Positions 1 to 10,184 of a DNA stretch of 64,000 nucleotides are shown here, in pieces. Positions within the stretch are counted from its first letter, which is position 1; each line of letters opens with the position of its first letter. Below the pieces are notes generated by a model. The model did no database searches. It was not told where the DNA came from and saw nothing but the letters and a program-made list of their open reading frames with translations. The stretch covers positions 93,173 to 157,172 of the forward strand of contig CALDDM010000002.1 of the NCBI GenBank assembly GCA_937936355.1, given 5' to 3'. The translations under genes were made by a program, and so were the position numbers. The stretch is from Minisyncoccota bacterium. GTDB lineage: Bacteria; Patescibacteriota; Minisyncoccia; Moranbacterales; GCA-2747515.

Positions 1-1383
1 ATCATTGATCGAGATTACACCAGAGCCAAATATAATGACACAATATACTACAGTTGCCGCAGTAGCTGTTATCAGCATATTACCTGTACCCACTACAAAG
101 ACAGCACACATACCACTTGCAGCGAGCGCATAAGCCCACGCCTTCTCAACATAGGGACGAAAAGGTGTCCTTGTTATGATCAGCCAGAGCACAGCACACA
201 TCACGAAGATTTCAGTCATAACTGATGTATATGCCGCACCATAGTATGAGTATTTTGGTATTAATATAACATTGAGAATGATATTTATTGCAGCAGCTAT
301 CAAAAGTATTTTCATCAGAGTTTTTTGTAAATTTGCTGCTATAGCAACACTCATAAAAAGATGTCCAAAAAATATACCAATCAAAGTAAAGCTAATTACA
401 CGCAAAACGCCAACAGCAGCCACAAACTGATCACCTCCGATCACAGCAATTGCCAATGGAGATAAGAAGAAAAGTCCAATTACCGCAGGAATTACGACGA
501 CTGCAAAGAACTTTATAGCACTTTCAATGACTTCATGAAATTTTTCCTCATTCGTAAATATGTGTCGAGACAGCAATGGAAATATGAGGCCTGTAACCAT
601 TGCTGGGAAGAATATCAATGTTTCAATCACTTTGTAGGCAACACCGTAGATCCCAACATCACCATCAGCCTGAAAAAAAGATAGAAGTATTGCATCTATT
701 TTAAAATATAGAAAGGTAGCGAGTGCACTTATGCCTAGTGGTAAGGATTTTTTTAAAAAGGATTTCCAGTATGGAACATCCCACTGCAACCTAATCTTTA
801 TATACTTTCTTACAAACCAATATACAAGGAAGAAATTTGTGATCATAGCTGCAACAACAGCTATTACTGACCACACAAATGGCAATTTCATCTGAATACT
901 GACAAAAACAATACCGAGCTGCATAAGTTTCCCGGTAAACTCAGCTATAGCAACCTTATCCATTGCTACTTTTTTTTGAAATACACCATTAAGCAGACTG
1001 TAGCTTGATGAGAAAAGGAAGGCAATTGCAATCAGCGCTATCGCAATTTGTGTTTCTTTGTCATATGGCAAGATCCAGGCGAGTAATCCCAAGCACACGA
1101 AAAGGCTCCCAGAAATAAGAAGTCTCAGTAGGAAAATTTTTCCAATAATCACCTCTTCATCAGCACCATCTCTTGAGATTTCTCTTGTGGTGATTGCGTA
1201 TAAACCCATATCTGCAATTGCCATAAACAATCCCATGTAGGACAAGGCAATTGTATACTTACCATAGCCACTATCTCCTAGGTGTCGTGTCAACATACTC
1301 ACGACATAGAGGGCAAGTGCTATAGAAATTATTTTTGTAATACCTACAAAAATAATGTTATATGATATTTTTTGTGCAATCAT
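1..1383 (-). CDS. Polysaccharide/O-antigen flippase (Wzx/MOP superfamily), 3' end outside the window
   Basis: Not in the ORF track. Read by hand from ATG at 1383: MIAQKISYNIIFVGITKIISIALALYVVSMLTRHLGDSGYGKYTIALSYMGLFMAIADMGLYAITTREISR. This carries the typical Wzx N-terminal LTRxLGxxxYG and DxGL motifs. The start overlaps the jag stop (ATGA). Confidence 0.88.
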   Translation of the reverse strand, partial: MIAQKISYNIIFVGITKIISIALALYVVSMLTRHLGDSGYGKYTIALSYMGLFMAIADMGLYAITTREISRDGADEEVIIGKIFLLRLLISGSLFVCLGLLAWILPYDKETQIAIALIAIAFLFSSSYSLLNGVFQKKVAMDKVAIAEFTGKLMQLGIVFVSIQMKLPFVWSVIAVVAAMITNFFLVYWFVRKYIKIRLQWDVPYWKSFLKKSLPLGISALATFLYFKIDAILLSFFQADGDVGIYGVAYKVIETLIFFPAMVTGLIFPLLSRHIFTNEEKFHEVIESAIKFFAVVVIPAVIGLFFLSPLAIAVIGGDQFVAAVGVLRVISFTLIGIFFGHLFMSVAIAANLQKTLMKILLIAAAINIILNVILIPKYSYYGAAYTSVMTEIFVMCAVLWLIITRTPFRPYVEKAWAYALAASGMCAVFVVGTGNMLITATAATVVYCVIIFGSGVISIND

Positions 1384-1868
1384 ACTGCATCAATGATGCT
1401 ATTTGGTTTTACAACAACCTTTCTTTCGTCTCCATCCCCAATACTGTCTGTATCTACGTTTTTATTTGAAGCAAGCGTTGTGTGTATTAGCCGTCTTTCG
1501 TATGGACTCATAGGTCGTAAAACAATTGGCTTCTTTGTTTGTGTCGCTGTTTTCGCTGCGTCTAGCGCAATTCTCTCAAACATCCGCGCTTTTCCCTCTT
1601 TGTATTCATTTACATCAATCGTGAATCTCTTTTTGATACCTTTCTGTCGAGCAATGACATGTGCAAGATGCTCAAATGCTCGCAAATTTCCACCATGATG
1701 CCCTATAAAACGCTGCGCATCTGTCTGTGTTTTAATCATAAATGTACACTCAGATTCTAACTCTGAATCCGACTCACTTAAAACTTCCTTAATTGTTGGA
1801 TCGACATCAAAACCCATTTCCTTGAAAAGGTACACTATGATTTCATGAATTTGTTGTTTTTCATTCAT
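1380..1868 (-). CDS. jag: Jag/EloR (KhpB)-like RNA-binding protein, KH + R3H domains
   Basis: KH motif FIGHHGGNLRAFEHL and R3H motif PMSPYERRLIH. Lies downstream of yidC. Start moved to the ATG at 1868 (MNEKQQ). Confidence 0.9.
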   Translation of the reverse strand: MNEKQQIHEIIVYLFKEMGFDVDPTIKEVLSESDSELESECTFMIKTQTDAQRFIGHHGGNLRAFEHLAHVIARQKGIKKRFTIDVNEYKEGKARMFERIALDAAKTATQTKKPIVLRPMSPYERRLIHTTLASNKNVDTDSIGDGDERKVVVKPNSIIDAV

Positions 1869-1947
1869 AATTGTTTTTAGGAAAATAACACGCTTTGGGT
1901 GGTTGCCACTTGTGTCTTTAACAATCAATACGCTCTTGTAGGGCCTC

Positions 1948-2703
1948 CTAGGCTTTCATAACAAACCATTGTTGCACAACTGTAAACAACGTAGATGTGA
2001 ACCAGTAGAGTGTTAGCCCAGCAGGGAATGTAAATCCTATAAACAACGTCATTGCAGGGATAATGAATAACATTTGCTTTTGCATTGTTTGCGCAAAGTC
2101 AGGGTCTCCAAAGCCTCCTGCGGACTTCTTTTTTTCTTTTGGAACATCTTTCTCTTTGTCAACTTCCTCACCATTTTTCCCCTTTTTTTGCATCATAGCA
2201 ATTTGAATATACGTCAGTATTGCTGTAATGACGGCGAGAAAGTAGTTCACTTCACCAAGTTCTAGAAAACCAAGCCCAACCTCCTTTATACTCTCAATTT
2301 GAGGAGTTATGCTATATAAATCCTCTGCCTTTGGCATAAATTCCTGCTCTCCAGACAGGTTAAAAATAACGCGGTACATCGCAAAAAAGAGAACAATCAT
2401 TACAATAAGCGGTAAACATCCTGCTGCAGGATTAATTCCATGTTCCTTGTAAAGAGCCATCGTTTCTTTGGCAATTTTTTCTTTATCACCTTTATTTTTT
2501 TCTTGTAACTCCTTAATTTTTGGTTGTACTTCTTGGATTTTTTTTTGCGAGTCAATTTGCTTACGTGACAGTGGTAAGAGTGCAAATTTTATCAAAACTG
2601 TTAGAGCGATAATTGCAATTGCAAAATCATTCCACAAGAAATGGTACAGTGCGATTAGTGCATTATAAATTGGTTGGTAAAAAAGCTCGTTAAAAATACT
2701 CAT
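1948..2703 (-). CDS. yidC: Membrane protein insertase YidC/Oxa1 (short form)
   Basis: Motifs LYKEHGINPAAGCLP and FPAGLTLYW; position in the rpmH-rnpA-yidC-jag cluster. Confidence 0.95.
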   Translation of the reverse strand: MSIFNELFYQPIYNALIALYHFLWNDFAIAIIALTVLIKFALLPLSRKQIDSQKKIQEVQPKIKELQEKNKGDKEKIAKETMALYKEHGINPAAGCLPLIVMIVLFFAMYRVIFNLSGEQEFMPKAEDLYSITPQIESIKEVGLGFLELGEVNYFLAVITAILTYIQIAMMQKKGKNGEEVDKEKDVPKEKKKSAGGFGDPDFAQTMQKQMLFIIPAMTLFIGFTFPAGLTLYWFTSTLFTVVQQWFVMKA

Positions 2704-2807
2704 TCTTTTCTCGTTTAGGTAAATATATCTTTTTCCAATCGTGATGGCGTGTATCTGAAGCTTTCGTGATTTTCTCTTTATCAGAGCTCACTATCTGATC
2801 AGCTGCG

Positions 2808-3137
2808 CTATGGATTTTCACTAAAAACCTGTTCAAATAAATCTTTTGCCTGTGTGTATGATAGCATTTCTGACCGTGACTTGTCAGTAACGACAATATT
2901 GTATTTTTGTGTCTTTTTATCCAAAACATCACGTAGCGCTTGTGTCAACACCCTTCTTTGCCTGTTTCTTTGTACAGCCTTTTTGGAAAACTGCTTACTG
3001 ACAATAATCGCAACCCTTGTTTGCTGTGATTTTATGAAATGTACGCGTACGCCTTGATTAATCCTTTTGGATACCCCTCTTCTTACCACATTTCGTATCG
3101 CTTTGGCTGCGTGCAACCTTTCATTATATGGAAACAT
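2808..3137 (-). CDS. rnpA: Ribonuclease P protein component
   Basis: RNR motif VSKQFSKKAVQRNRQRR; position next to rpmH. Confidence 0.93.
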   Translation of the reverse strand: MFPYNERLHAAKAIRNVVRRGVSKRINQGVRVHFIKSQQTRVAIIVSKQFSKKAVQRNRQRRVLTQALRDVLDKKTQKYNIVVTDKSRSEMLSYTQAKDLFEQVFSENP

Positions 3138-3201
3138 CTTATTTTCATATTTTCTTACACAAAGAAAAAAGTAGCTTTTGGCTACTTTTCGGTCTCAGTC
3201 T

Positions 3202-3336
3202 CTAAACTGCAAGTCTTTTACGCCCCTTTTTTCTTCGACCTGCCAAGACTTTTCTCCCTGTACTTGTTGCCATTCGCTTCAAAAAGCCATGCACTCTACT
3301 TCTTTTACGTTTTTTAGGCTGATATGTTCTTTTCAT
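3202..3336 (-). CDS. rpmH: 50S ribosomal protein L34
   Basis: Below the ORF-track cutoff. Hand translation: [44 protein letters not shown] (44 aa). Divergent from dnaA. Confidence 0.98.
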   Translation of the reverse strand: MKRTYQPKKRKRSRVHGFLKRMATSTGRKVLAGRRKKGRKRLAV

Positions 3337-3619
3337 TGTTGTGAAGATTTGACATTACTATCGTGTTGCGTAACTGTAGCATTCTCTCCATATAAAGTCA
3401 ATTACTTTAATTCTTCGTTCTGCATTATAGTTTAGTTTTTTATTAGTTTTGTACACATATTATTCACATTATTCACACTTTATAAACAGTTTTATGCTCT
3501 ATATTGGTTTTTTTTATAAATTTGATGGTGGTATAATCCTTGTTACACACAGTTTATACTCCAAATCTCAGACTTTTTCCTGTGGAAAACATGTCAATTA
3601 CTCTCTAAAATCTGTTTTT

Positions 3620-5014
3620 ATGGCAAATCAAGAACTATGGGAAAAAGCTCTTGCATCGATTGAACTGTCTATTTCTCAAGCAAACTTCAGTACATGGTTC
3701 AAAAATACGATCATTCTCTCTCTTGATGGAGGTCATATTGTGATCGGTGTGCCCAACGGATTTGCCAAGGAGTGGCTTGAGAATAAGTACCAAAACTACA
3801 TCCTTACGGCTTTACGAGAAATTGAGCCCTCGATCTCTGGTATGAGTTGTAGCGTCTATAACCCTCAGACATACACACCTCCTACAGAGAATTCTGAGCT
3901 ACCCCCTGAAACTACACCTACACCACAACAACCTAATCCCCACGCACAAAAAGAATCTGTTGTACCGCAGTTCTCGCCACAGAAAAATACACATAACCTC
4001 AATGAACGCTACACTTTTGATAACTTTGTTGTAGGGGAGCATAATGAGCTTGCTAAGGCAGCCTGTGTCGCTGTCAGTGAGAATCTTGGCAAGATTTATA
4101 ATCCTCTCTTTATCTACGGTCATGTTGGCCTTGGTAAAACACATCTCCTCCAATCTATAGGAAATGCACTGATTAAAAAAGATCCGCAAAAACGTGTTAT
4201 TTACATTACATCAGAGCGTTTTACTACTGAACTTGTAGAGTCTATTAAGAGTAATACAGCAAATCACTTCAAAGATCGTTACACAAACATTGATCTTCTG
4301 ATTATTGATGATGTCCAATTTCTTCAAGGCAAGGATAAAACTCAGCAAGAATTTTTTCATATTTTCAACTCCCTCCATCAACAGGATAAGCAAATCGTAA
4401 TCTCAAGTGATCGAAATCCCAAGGCAATTACAACTCTTGAGGAGCGACTTCGTTCGCGCTTTGAGGGCGGCATGATTGTTGATGTAGGCTCACCAGATCT
4501 TGAAACTCGCTTTGCTATCTTGCGTGAAAAAGCAGAGATTAAAGGTTTTTACGTCTCAGAGGACACACTTCGGTTTGTTGCTGAAAATATTAAAAATAAT
4601 GTTCGTGAGCTTGAAGGAGCCCTTAATCGCATCATCGCTTTCTCTGAACTGAAGAAGCAAGAGCCTACCATGGAACTTGCTCAGGCAGCACTCGCTGAAA
4701 TTATAGAAAGCAGCAAGAAAAAGGCAGTTCAAAGTAAGGATGTTGTCGCTGTTATTTCTTCATTCTATGAGGTTTCTCCTGAAGAATTGATTGTAAAAGG
4801 ACGAAAAAAAGAGGTTGTCCACCCACGACAAGTAGCAATGTACCTCTTACGAAAGGAGTTAAATATGTCTTACCCTGGTATCGGTAAATATTTCGGTGGT
4901 CGTGACCATACCACAGCTCTTCATGCATATGAAAAAATCCATAAATTAGCTGGGGAAGATTCTCGCTTCTCGGAGGAGCTTTCATTTCTCGTGGACCGTC
5001 TTTATACTGTCTGA
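3620..5014 (+). CDS. dnaA: Chromosomal replication initiator DnaA
   Basis: YNPLFIYGHVGLGKTHLL (Walker A), LLIIDDVQF (Walker B), RLRSRF, and domain IV FGGRDHTT. Start moved to ATG 3620 (MANQELW). Confidence 0.99.
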   Translation: MANQELWEKALASIELSISQANFSTWFKNTIILSLDGGHIVIGVPNGFAKEWLENKYQNYILTALREIEPSISGMSCSVYNPQTYTPPTENSELPPETTPTPQQPNPHAQKESVVPQFSPQKNTHNLNERYTFDNFVVGEHNELAKAACVAVSENLGKIYNPLFIYGHVGLGKTHLLQSIGNALIKKDPQKRVIYITSERFTTELVESIKSNTANHFKDRYTNIDLLIIDDVQFLQGKDKTQQEFFHIFNSLHQQDKQIVISSDRNPKAITTLEERLRSRFEGGMIVDVGSPDLETRFAILREKAEIKGFYVSEDTLRFVAENIKNNVRELEGALNRIIAFSELKKQEPTMELAQAALAEIIESSKKKAVQSKDVVAVISSFYEVSPEELIVKGRKKEVVHPRQVAMYLLRKELNMSYPGIGKYFGGRDHTTALHAYEKIHKLAGEDSRFSEELSFLVDRLYTV

Positions 5015-5149
5015 TCTACGCGCGCTCCACACTTTCTTTGGAGGGGAGATTTATTTATAGAGCCACCACCCTAACATCTTTACCTATATCAATCCTCATA
5101 CATTTATCTTCCTCATGAGGTTATACAATAATTTCTCATCTCATCTCTT

Positions 5150-5547
5150 ATAGTTATTAGTGGATTTTTTTTACTATAATTTGTGCATAACACCCTTCTA
5201 TACAAAATTTAAACCTATTCACCCAATACCCTCAATGTGAATGTGTTCCAAAAATTATAGATACTTATACATTTTTGTGTGTATTTTTTGTGAGTATGTG
5301 GATAAGCATTGTATGAAGTCTGTATAAATTCTGTAATGGTCTGCGATAAGTTTGTGGGTAAATGCTATACTTACTTGTGGGTAAATCCATAAATAATTTT
5401 TACCTCATTTTTTTGAAAATTTATACTATTATTATACAGAAAAAATAATACATTTGGACTATTTTTTTCGCATTATTACTACTGTTATTACTGTTATCCC
5501 CATATCCACACACTAGTAGTAATAATAAATTATTTATATATAGAAAT
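5150..5547. other. Replication origin oriC (DnaA-box cluster and unwinding region)
   Basis: AT-rich dnaA-dnaN spacer. Perfect box TGTGGATAA at 5297-5305. Near-consensus boxes TGTGCATAA 5182-5190, TGTGGGTAA 5353-5361 and 5376-5384. Tandem TTATCCCCA/ATATCCACA at 5494-5510, followed by trinucleotide repeats. Confidence 0.85.
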
Positions 5548-6732
5548 ATGGTTACAGAAATTCCAACAAAAAATATGGCACATGAAAATCTAAGTGCAAC
5601 GTGTACGTATGAGAATCTAAAAAAATCTGTAAAGGCTATCGAAGGTATGGTTGGTCGTGATTTAGCGATGCCTGTCATTCAGAATATTCTCATTGAAACA
5701 AAAAATCAATCACTTTATCTTAGTGCTACAAATTTAGAAATTGGTGCTGTCCAAAAGGTGCCTGCAAAAACAAATGGTGATTGGAGGATTGTTATCGCGC
5801 CGAAGTTGCTTACAGGTTTTTTAACTGCCATCCGAGGTGGTGAACATATTACCCTCATAAAAGATGGTGAAAGTCTGATTGTTAAGAATGATTCTTATGA
5901 AAGTGAAATAAAAGGTTTGGATGCTGAAGACTTTCCTATCATTCCGCTCTCAGACGTTTCACAAGGTACTTCAGTTGATCTTCAAGCTCTTCAGAGAGGT
6001 CTTACTGCAACTCTTCCATTTGTGACGCATACAGAGATTCGTCCTGAATTGACTGGTGTGTATGTAGCCCTTAAGGGTGATGAGATATATATGGTTGCAA
6101 CTGATAGTTTTCGACTTGGTGAAAAACGTCTATCTGTGAAGACTTTGTTTGGCAAGGACGTCAATCGTGGAACTGAACAGTTTCCTGAAGGTATTATATT
6201 GCCACAAAGAATTTGCCACTACATCAGTCGTTTGGATGTCGCTGAGAATCCCCAGATTACTTGGTATATTCATGAAAATCACCTTTCTCTTCAATACGGT
6301 GATCTTTACATTACAACACGTCTTATAGATGCGAATTATCCTGATTATACGCAAATCATCCCAATGAAAACTGAAACAAATGTCATTTTAAAAAAGGAGG
6401 ACCTCATTGAGTCTATGCGTGTTATGATGGTATTTTCTCAGAATGAGGTTAATGAAATTGTATTACGTGTTAATGATGATGTGATGGATGTTCAAACACG
6501 TAAGCAGGATAGTGGTTCAAGTGTTACTTCACTTAATGTTTCTGTAAGTGGTGATGAGAAGAGTGTTGTTGTAAATCCACGATATATTCTTGAGGGGATA
6601 CAAGGCATTCAATCAGAAGAGGTTTTTATAGGTATTAATACTGACGCAGCTCCACTTCTTTTTCGTGGTTCTGGAGAGAGTGGTATAGATTTGAGTTATA
6701 CGCATATAGTAATGCCTATCAAAAATAATTAG
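5548..6732 (+). CDS. dnaN: DNA polymerase III beta sliding clamp
   Basis: LSATNLE, RPELTGV, MVATDSFRL, RLIDANYPDY and C-terminal IVMP motifs; follows dnaA. Confidence 0.98.
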   Translation: MVTEIPTKNMAHENLSATCTYENLKKSVKAIEGMVGRDLAMPVIQNILIETKNQSLYLSATNLEIGAVQKVPAKTNGDWRIVIAPKLLTGFLTAIRGGEHITLIKDGESLIVKNDSYESEIKGLDAEDFPIIPLSDVSQGTSVDLQALQRGLTATLPFVTHTEIRPELTGVYVALKGDEIYMVATDSFRLGEKRLSVKTLFGKDVNRGTEQFPEGIILPQRICHYISRLDVAENPQITWYIHENHLSLQYGDLYITTRLIDANYPDYTQIIPMKTETNVILKKEDLIESMRVMMVFSQNEVNEIVLRVNDDVMDVQTRKQDSGSSVTSLNVSVSGDEKSVVVNPRYILEGIQGIQSEEVFIGINTDAAPLLFRGSGESGIDLSYTHIVMPIKNN

Positions 6733-6756
6733 CTTGTTGAGATAAGATATTTTTTT

Positions 6757-7062
6757 GTGAAAAGTCTACAAAGTTTTTTTTCTAAGAATCGTGAGTTGAG
6801 CATTGATTCAACTGATGATAATACACAGAGTACTGTTGATGATAAGACAGTCTTTTACGTTTTTTCACGCATAATCTCTGAGGAGTATGGCAGAAAGGGT
6901 GAAAAGGCGATTATACCTTCGTTTTATCGTAATCGTATTATTTTTGTACGTTTTTCTGAGTCTTTGTGGGCACAAGAGGTTTGGACGAATAGACAGTATT
7001 TGATACGACGACTCAATGAAAGGGTTGGACAGAAGGTTGTCGTAAATATTAAGCCTCATTAA
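6757..7062 (+). CDS. DciA (DUF721) family helicase-loader-like protein
   Basis: 101 aa directly after dnaN, with the DUF721-like pattern IFVRFSESLWAQEV...LIRRLNERVGQKVVVNIK. Confidence 0.7.
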   Translation: MKSLQSFFSKNRELSIDSTDDNTQSTVDDKTVFYVFSRIISEEYGRKGEKAIIPSFYRNRIIFVRFSESLWAQEVWTNRQYLIRRLNERVGQKVVVNIKPH

Positions 7063-7069
7063 AGCATGT

Positions 7070-7095
7070 AAAAAACCTCGTTCAACGAGATTTTT
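7070..7095. terminator. Possible bidirectional intrinsic terminator
   Basis: AAAAAACCTCG-TTCAA-CGAGATTTTT between convergent genes; the stem is short. Confidence 0.45.
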
Positions 7096-9964
7096 ATTTT
7101 ACAAGGAATTTTTTGGTAGCTTTTGCTGTATTCTTAAGCTCATCAATAACTTCAACCTTAATTTCGAGTGTTGTTTTTCTTTGTTCTTCTGGTATTTTGT
7201 ATGTAAAATTATCAGCTCCAACTCTTGCTACCTCTTTTCCATTTACAGTGTATATAAATTTTTCAATTTTATAAGGCGCATCTTTTTTGGTTTTTATTTT
7301 AACCTCTGACCCCTTATTTTCTATCTCTATTGATATAGAGGGCTTTTGGTCTTTGAAATCGTCTGAGCGACACTCTCGTGGCTCTGGGGCGAATATTATA
7401 TCATCTTCATCATCATAAAAGTCTTCAACAGCATCTTCCCATTTATTGTAAAAGGAATCATTCTCCGGTTTTTTTGGTTCTTTCCCGCGAGGATCTTCTT
7501 TGTTGATGTAGTGAAGAATGTTATGCGCATCAAAAAATGATCGCTTTTTTTCCCTGTCTTCTGGGCAGTATTTGTTTGTTTTACAGTATTTTTGATCTTT
7601 CTTTGAGATTTCACATACTTTTATCTCGTCGGGTTCTTCGAGATCGCCATCAAGGATAGCTTTACCGGTTTTGTGTTCGTCTTTATTGTAAGCATCAAAT
7701 TTTTTACCAGAATCATCTGGAAAGGCTTCTAGGATAAAATCTCTAAAGATTGGAGCTGCAACATTTGCTCCAACACCTCGATCATTCATGGATCGGTTAT
7801 CATTATTTCCACCCCATACTCCAACTGCTATTTCAGGTGTATAACCCATTGTCCATGCATCCCGATTTTCATTTGTTGTCCCTGTTTTTGCTGCTACTGA
7901 TCTATCATTAAACGTTAGGGCACTTCGTTCTCCGAATGCTGGTATTCTATAATCATTTGTTGAGAGTATGTGTGAGATCATACTGGTATATTTAGGATCT
8001 ATGATCTGCTCACCCTTTTGCGCTTTTGAATTATTCTCTAATTCTTCACCGTTGCGATCACGGATCATGAGTATACCTTTTTTTTCATGTTGAATTCCAC
8101 CTGTTGCAAGGGTTCCAAAAGCTGCTGTATGATCAAGAAGTGTTACTTCACCACCACCTAACACAAGAGAGAGTCCATATCGATCTGGATCGTTAAGGGT
8201 GGTGATACCCATATTCCTAACGAGATTCAGTGTATCGTCTAATCCTACGAGATATAACGCTTTTACAGCAGGTATGTTAAGGGATTGAGCGAGTGCATCT
8301 TTTATCTTAACCGGACCTTGGAATTCCCCTGTGTAATTTTGTGGTATATAGTCTGGTGCTCTGTCAACAGGAAATTCTGTCTCTACGTCGTAGAGGATTG
8401 TTTCAGGTGTATACCCTTCTACGAAACTTTGTAGGAATACATATGGCTTAAAAGATGATCCTGGTTGTCTTTTAGCGAGTGCTACGTTAACTTGACCGTC
8501 AATTTGTTCGTCGAAATAGTTGCGAGATCCTACCATGGTTAGAATTTCACCTGTATCAGGATCAATTGCTACGAGACTTGCATTTTCTGCTCCGTAATTT
8601 ACTTCATTAGCAAGCGCTTTCTCTTGTACTATTTTTTCTGCAATTTGTTGTTTTTCCCAATCGAGTGTTGTTATGATTGTTAATCCGTTTTTTTCGAGGT
8701 ACTCAGCACCGTACTTTTCTTCAAGTTGGTCTCGTATGTAAAAGACAAAATGTGGTGCATTTATTTCTTCGCGGTTTTTTGCGATTTTCTTTAGGACATC
8801 TACATTCTTAAAGTCCTGGGATTGTTTTTGTGTTATAAATCCTAAATCAACCATCTCTGTCAGAGCTCTTTCTTGACGACCTTTGAGGATTTCTTGGTTA
8901 AGTCCGTATGGAGAATAGCGTGATGGTGCTTGAGGGAGGGAAGCGAGAATTGCAGCCTCATCATATGTTAAGTCTTTGGCGTCTTTATTGAAAAATGTCT
9001 TTGCAGCTGCTTGGATGCCATAAGCATTTGATCCATACGGTATTTCATTTAGGTAGAGTTCGAGAATTTCTTCTTTTGAAGCAGTGAATTCGAGTTCTAT
9101 TGCTAGAATAGCTTCCTTTATTTTTCTAGTGATGGATCTTTCAGAGGTGAGAATGGAATTTTTTATGAGTTGTTGTGTGATCGTTGAACCACCGCTCTTT
9201 ACACCTATACCAAAAATTTGTGACCGAACGGCTCTTAGGATTGCTTTGATTTTGATACCATGATGATTGTAGAAATCATGGTCTTCCAATGCTATTGTTG
9301 CATGACGGATCGTGTCAGGTATTTGATTACTTGGGATTATTGTCCTTTTTTCTTCTCCATGGATATTATAGAGTAGTATTTCACCAGTTCGATCATAGAT
9401 CTTCGTACTTTCTGCTACAAATCGTGAGTTCACCTTACCAACTTCAGGCAGGTCTTTTGAGAAGTATATGAAAACACCAACAAGGAAGATGCATCCAATG
9501 ATCATAAGAATGCAAAAAGCTTTTGCCATACGTAAAAGCCATTTTTTTACAGTACTATTATTTTTTTTACCTCCAGGGTGGTTTTTACCTCTTTTTCTTT
9601 GGAGATCTTGAGATGATGCTCTTTTTGTTTTTCTAAACCTCCCTTGTAACGCTGTGGATATATTTTCGCGTTTTGTGATCGTAAATTCTTGACCATGACG
9701 GAACGTCTTTTTTTCTGAGAAATGTTTTTGCGTACCTTCTATTACAGTATTCTTTGTGGGCGGTGTCTGAATTATATTTTTTTTAATACTTAATACTTTT
9801 TCTTTCGTTTTTTTTGTAAATACTGTTATTTTTTGTGTGGTTTGGTGTGCGCGTATTTTTCTTCCTATGCCTGCACAAAAATCCCCAAAGGCACCTTTTT
9901 GGTTTTGTGGATTACTTATCTCTATTTCAGTAGATCTTTTTTGTCTATAAGGATTAACTCTCAT
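7094..9964 (-). CDS. Class A penicillin-binding protein (transglycosylase + transpeptidase) with C-terminal Ig-like domain
   Basis: Glycosyltransferase motifs EDHDFYNHHG, GGSTITQQL, RKIKE. Transpeptidase motifs SSFK (SxxK), SLN, KTG. One TM helix follows a long basic N-terminal region. Confidence 0.96.
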   Translation of the reverse strand: MRVNPYRQKRSTEIEISNPQNQKGAFGDFCAGIGRKIRAHQTTQKITVFTKKTKEKVLSIKKNIIQTPPTKNTVIEGTQKHFSEKKTFRHGQEFTITKRENISTALQGRFRKTKRASSQDLQRKRGKNHPGGKKNNSTVKKWLLRMAKAFCILMIIGCIFLVGVFIYFSKDLPEVGKVNSRFVAESTKIYDRTGEILLYNIHGEEKRTIIPSNQIPDTIRHATIALEDHDFYNHHGIKIKAILRAVRSQIFGIGVKSGGSTITQQLIKNSILTSERSITRKIKEAILAIELEFTASKEEILELYLNEIPYGSNAYGIQAAAKTFFNKDAKDLTYDEAAILASLPQAPSRYSPYGLNQEILKGRQERALTEMVDLGFITQKQSQDFKNVDVLKKIAKNREEINAPHFVFYIRDQLEEKYGAEYLEKNGLTIITTLDWEKQQIAEKIVQEKALANEVNYGAENASLVAIDPDTGEILTMVGSRNYFDEQIDGQVNVALAKRQPGSSFKPYVFLQSFVEGYTPETILYDVETEFPVDRAPDYIPQNYTGEFQGPVKIKDALAQSLNIPAVKALYLVGLDDTLNLVRNMGITTLNDPDRYGLSLVLGGGEVTLLDHTAAFGTLATGGIQHEKKGILMIRDRNGEELENNSKAQKGEQIIDPKYTSMISHILSTNDYRIPAFGERSALTFNDRSVAAKTGTTNENRDAWTMGYTPEIAVGVWGGNNDNRSMNDRGVGANVAAPIFRDFILEAFPDDSGKKFDAYNKDEHKTGKAILDGDLEEPDEIKVCEISKKDQKYCKTNKYCPEDREKKRSFFDAHNILHYINKEDPRGKEPKKPENDSFYNKWEDAVEDFYDDEDDIIFAPEPRECRSDDFKDQKPSISIEIENKGSEVKIKTKKDAPYKIEKFIYTVNGKEVARVGADNFTYKIPEEQRKTTLEIKVEVIDELKNTAKATKKFLVK

Positions 9965-10184
9965 AGTCTCCTTTTAGAGTTTACCTCTATGCATTGCTCA
10001 TTCTAGCGTGAATTTCTTGTTGCGTAAAATATACTACGCCTATAAGTGATGATAAATTTCGTTTATTGCGAAAAGTTCTTTTTTGTGATGATATACTTTC
10101 AAATTCTTTGATTTTTTTACGTGACGTCTTTCTTGTAAATATATGATTGTGATTTTTTAGGGATTGGGAGTTTTTTTACTCTCC

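Noticed and set aside
2690..2932. Possible yidD between rnpA and yidC
   Set aside because: The ORF overlaps both neighbours and lacks the YidD CRF.PTCS motif. yidD appears absent from this cluster.
3449..3619. N-terminal extensions in the ORF track (dnaA; likewise gdh, pgl, DUF3048, FemAB, lemA, DHH, jag)
   Set aside because: They run through AT-rich intergenic or promoter DNA, or overlap upstream genes. Internal ATGs give family-typical N-termini.
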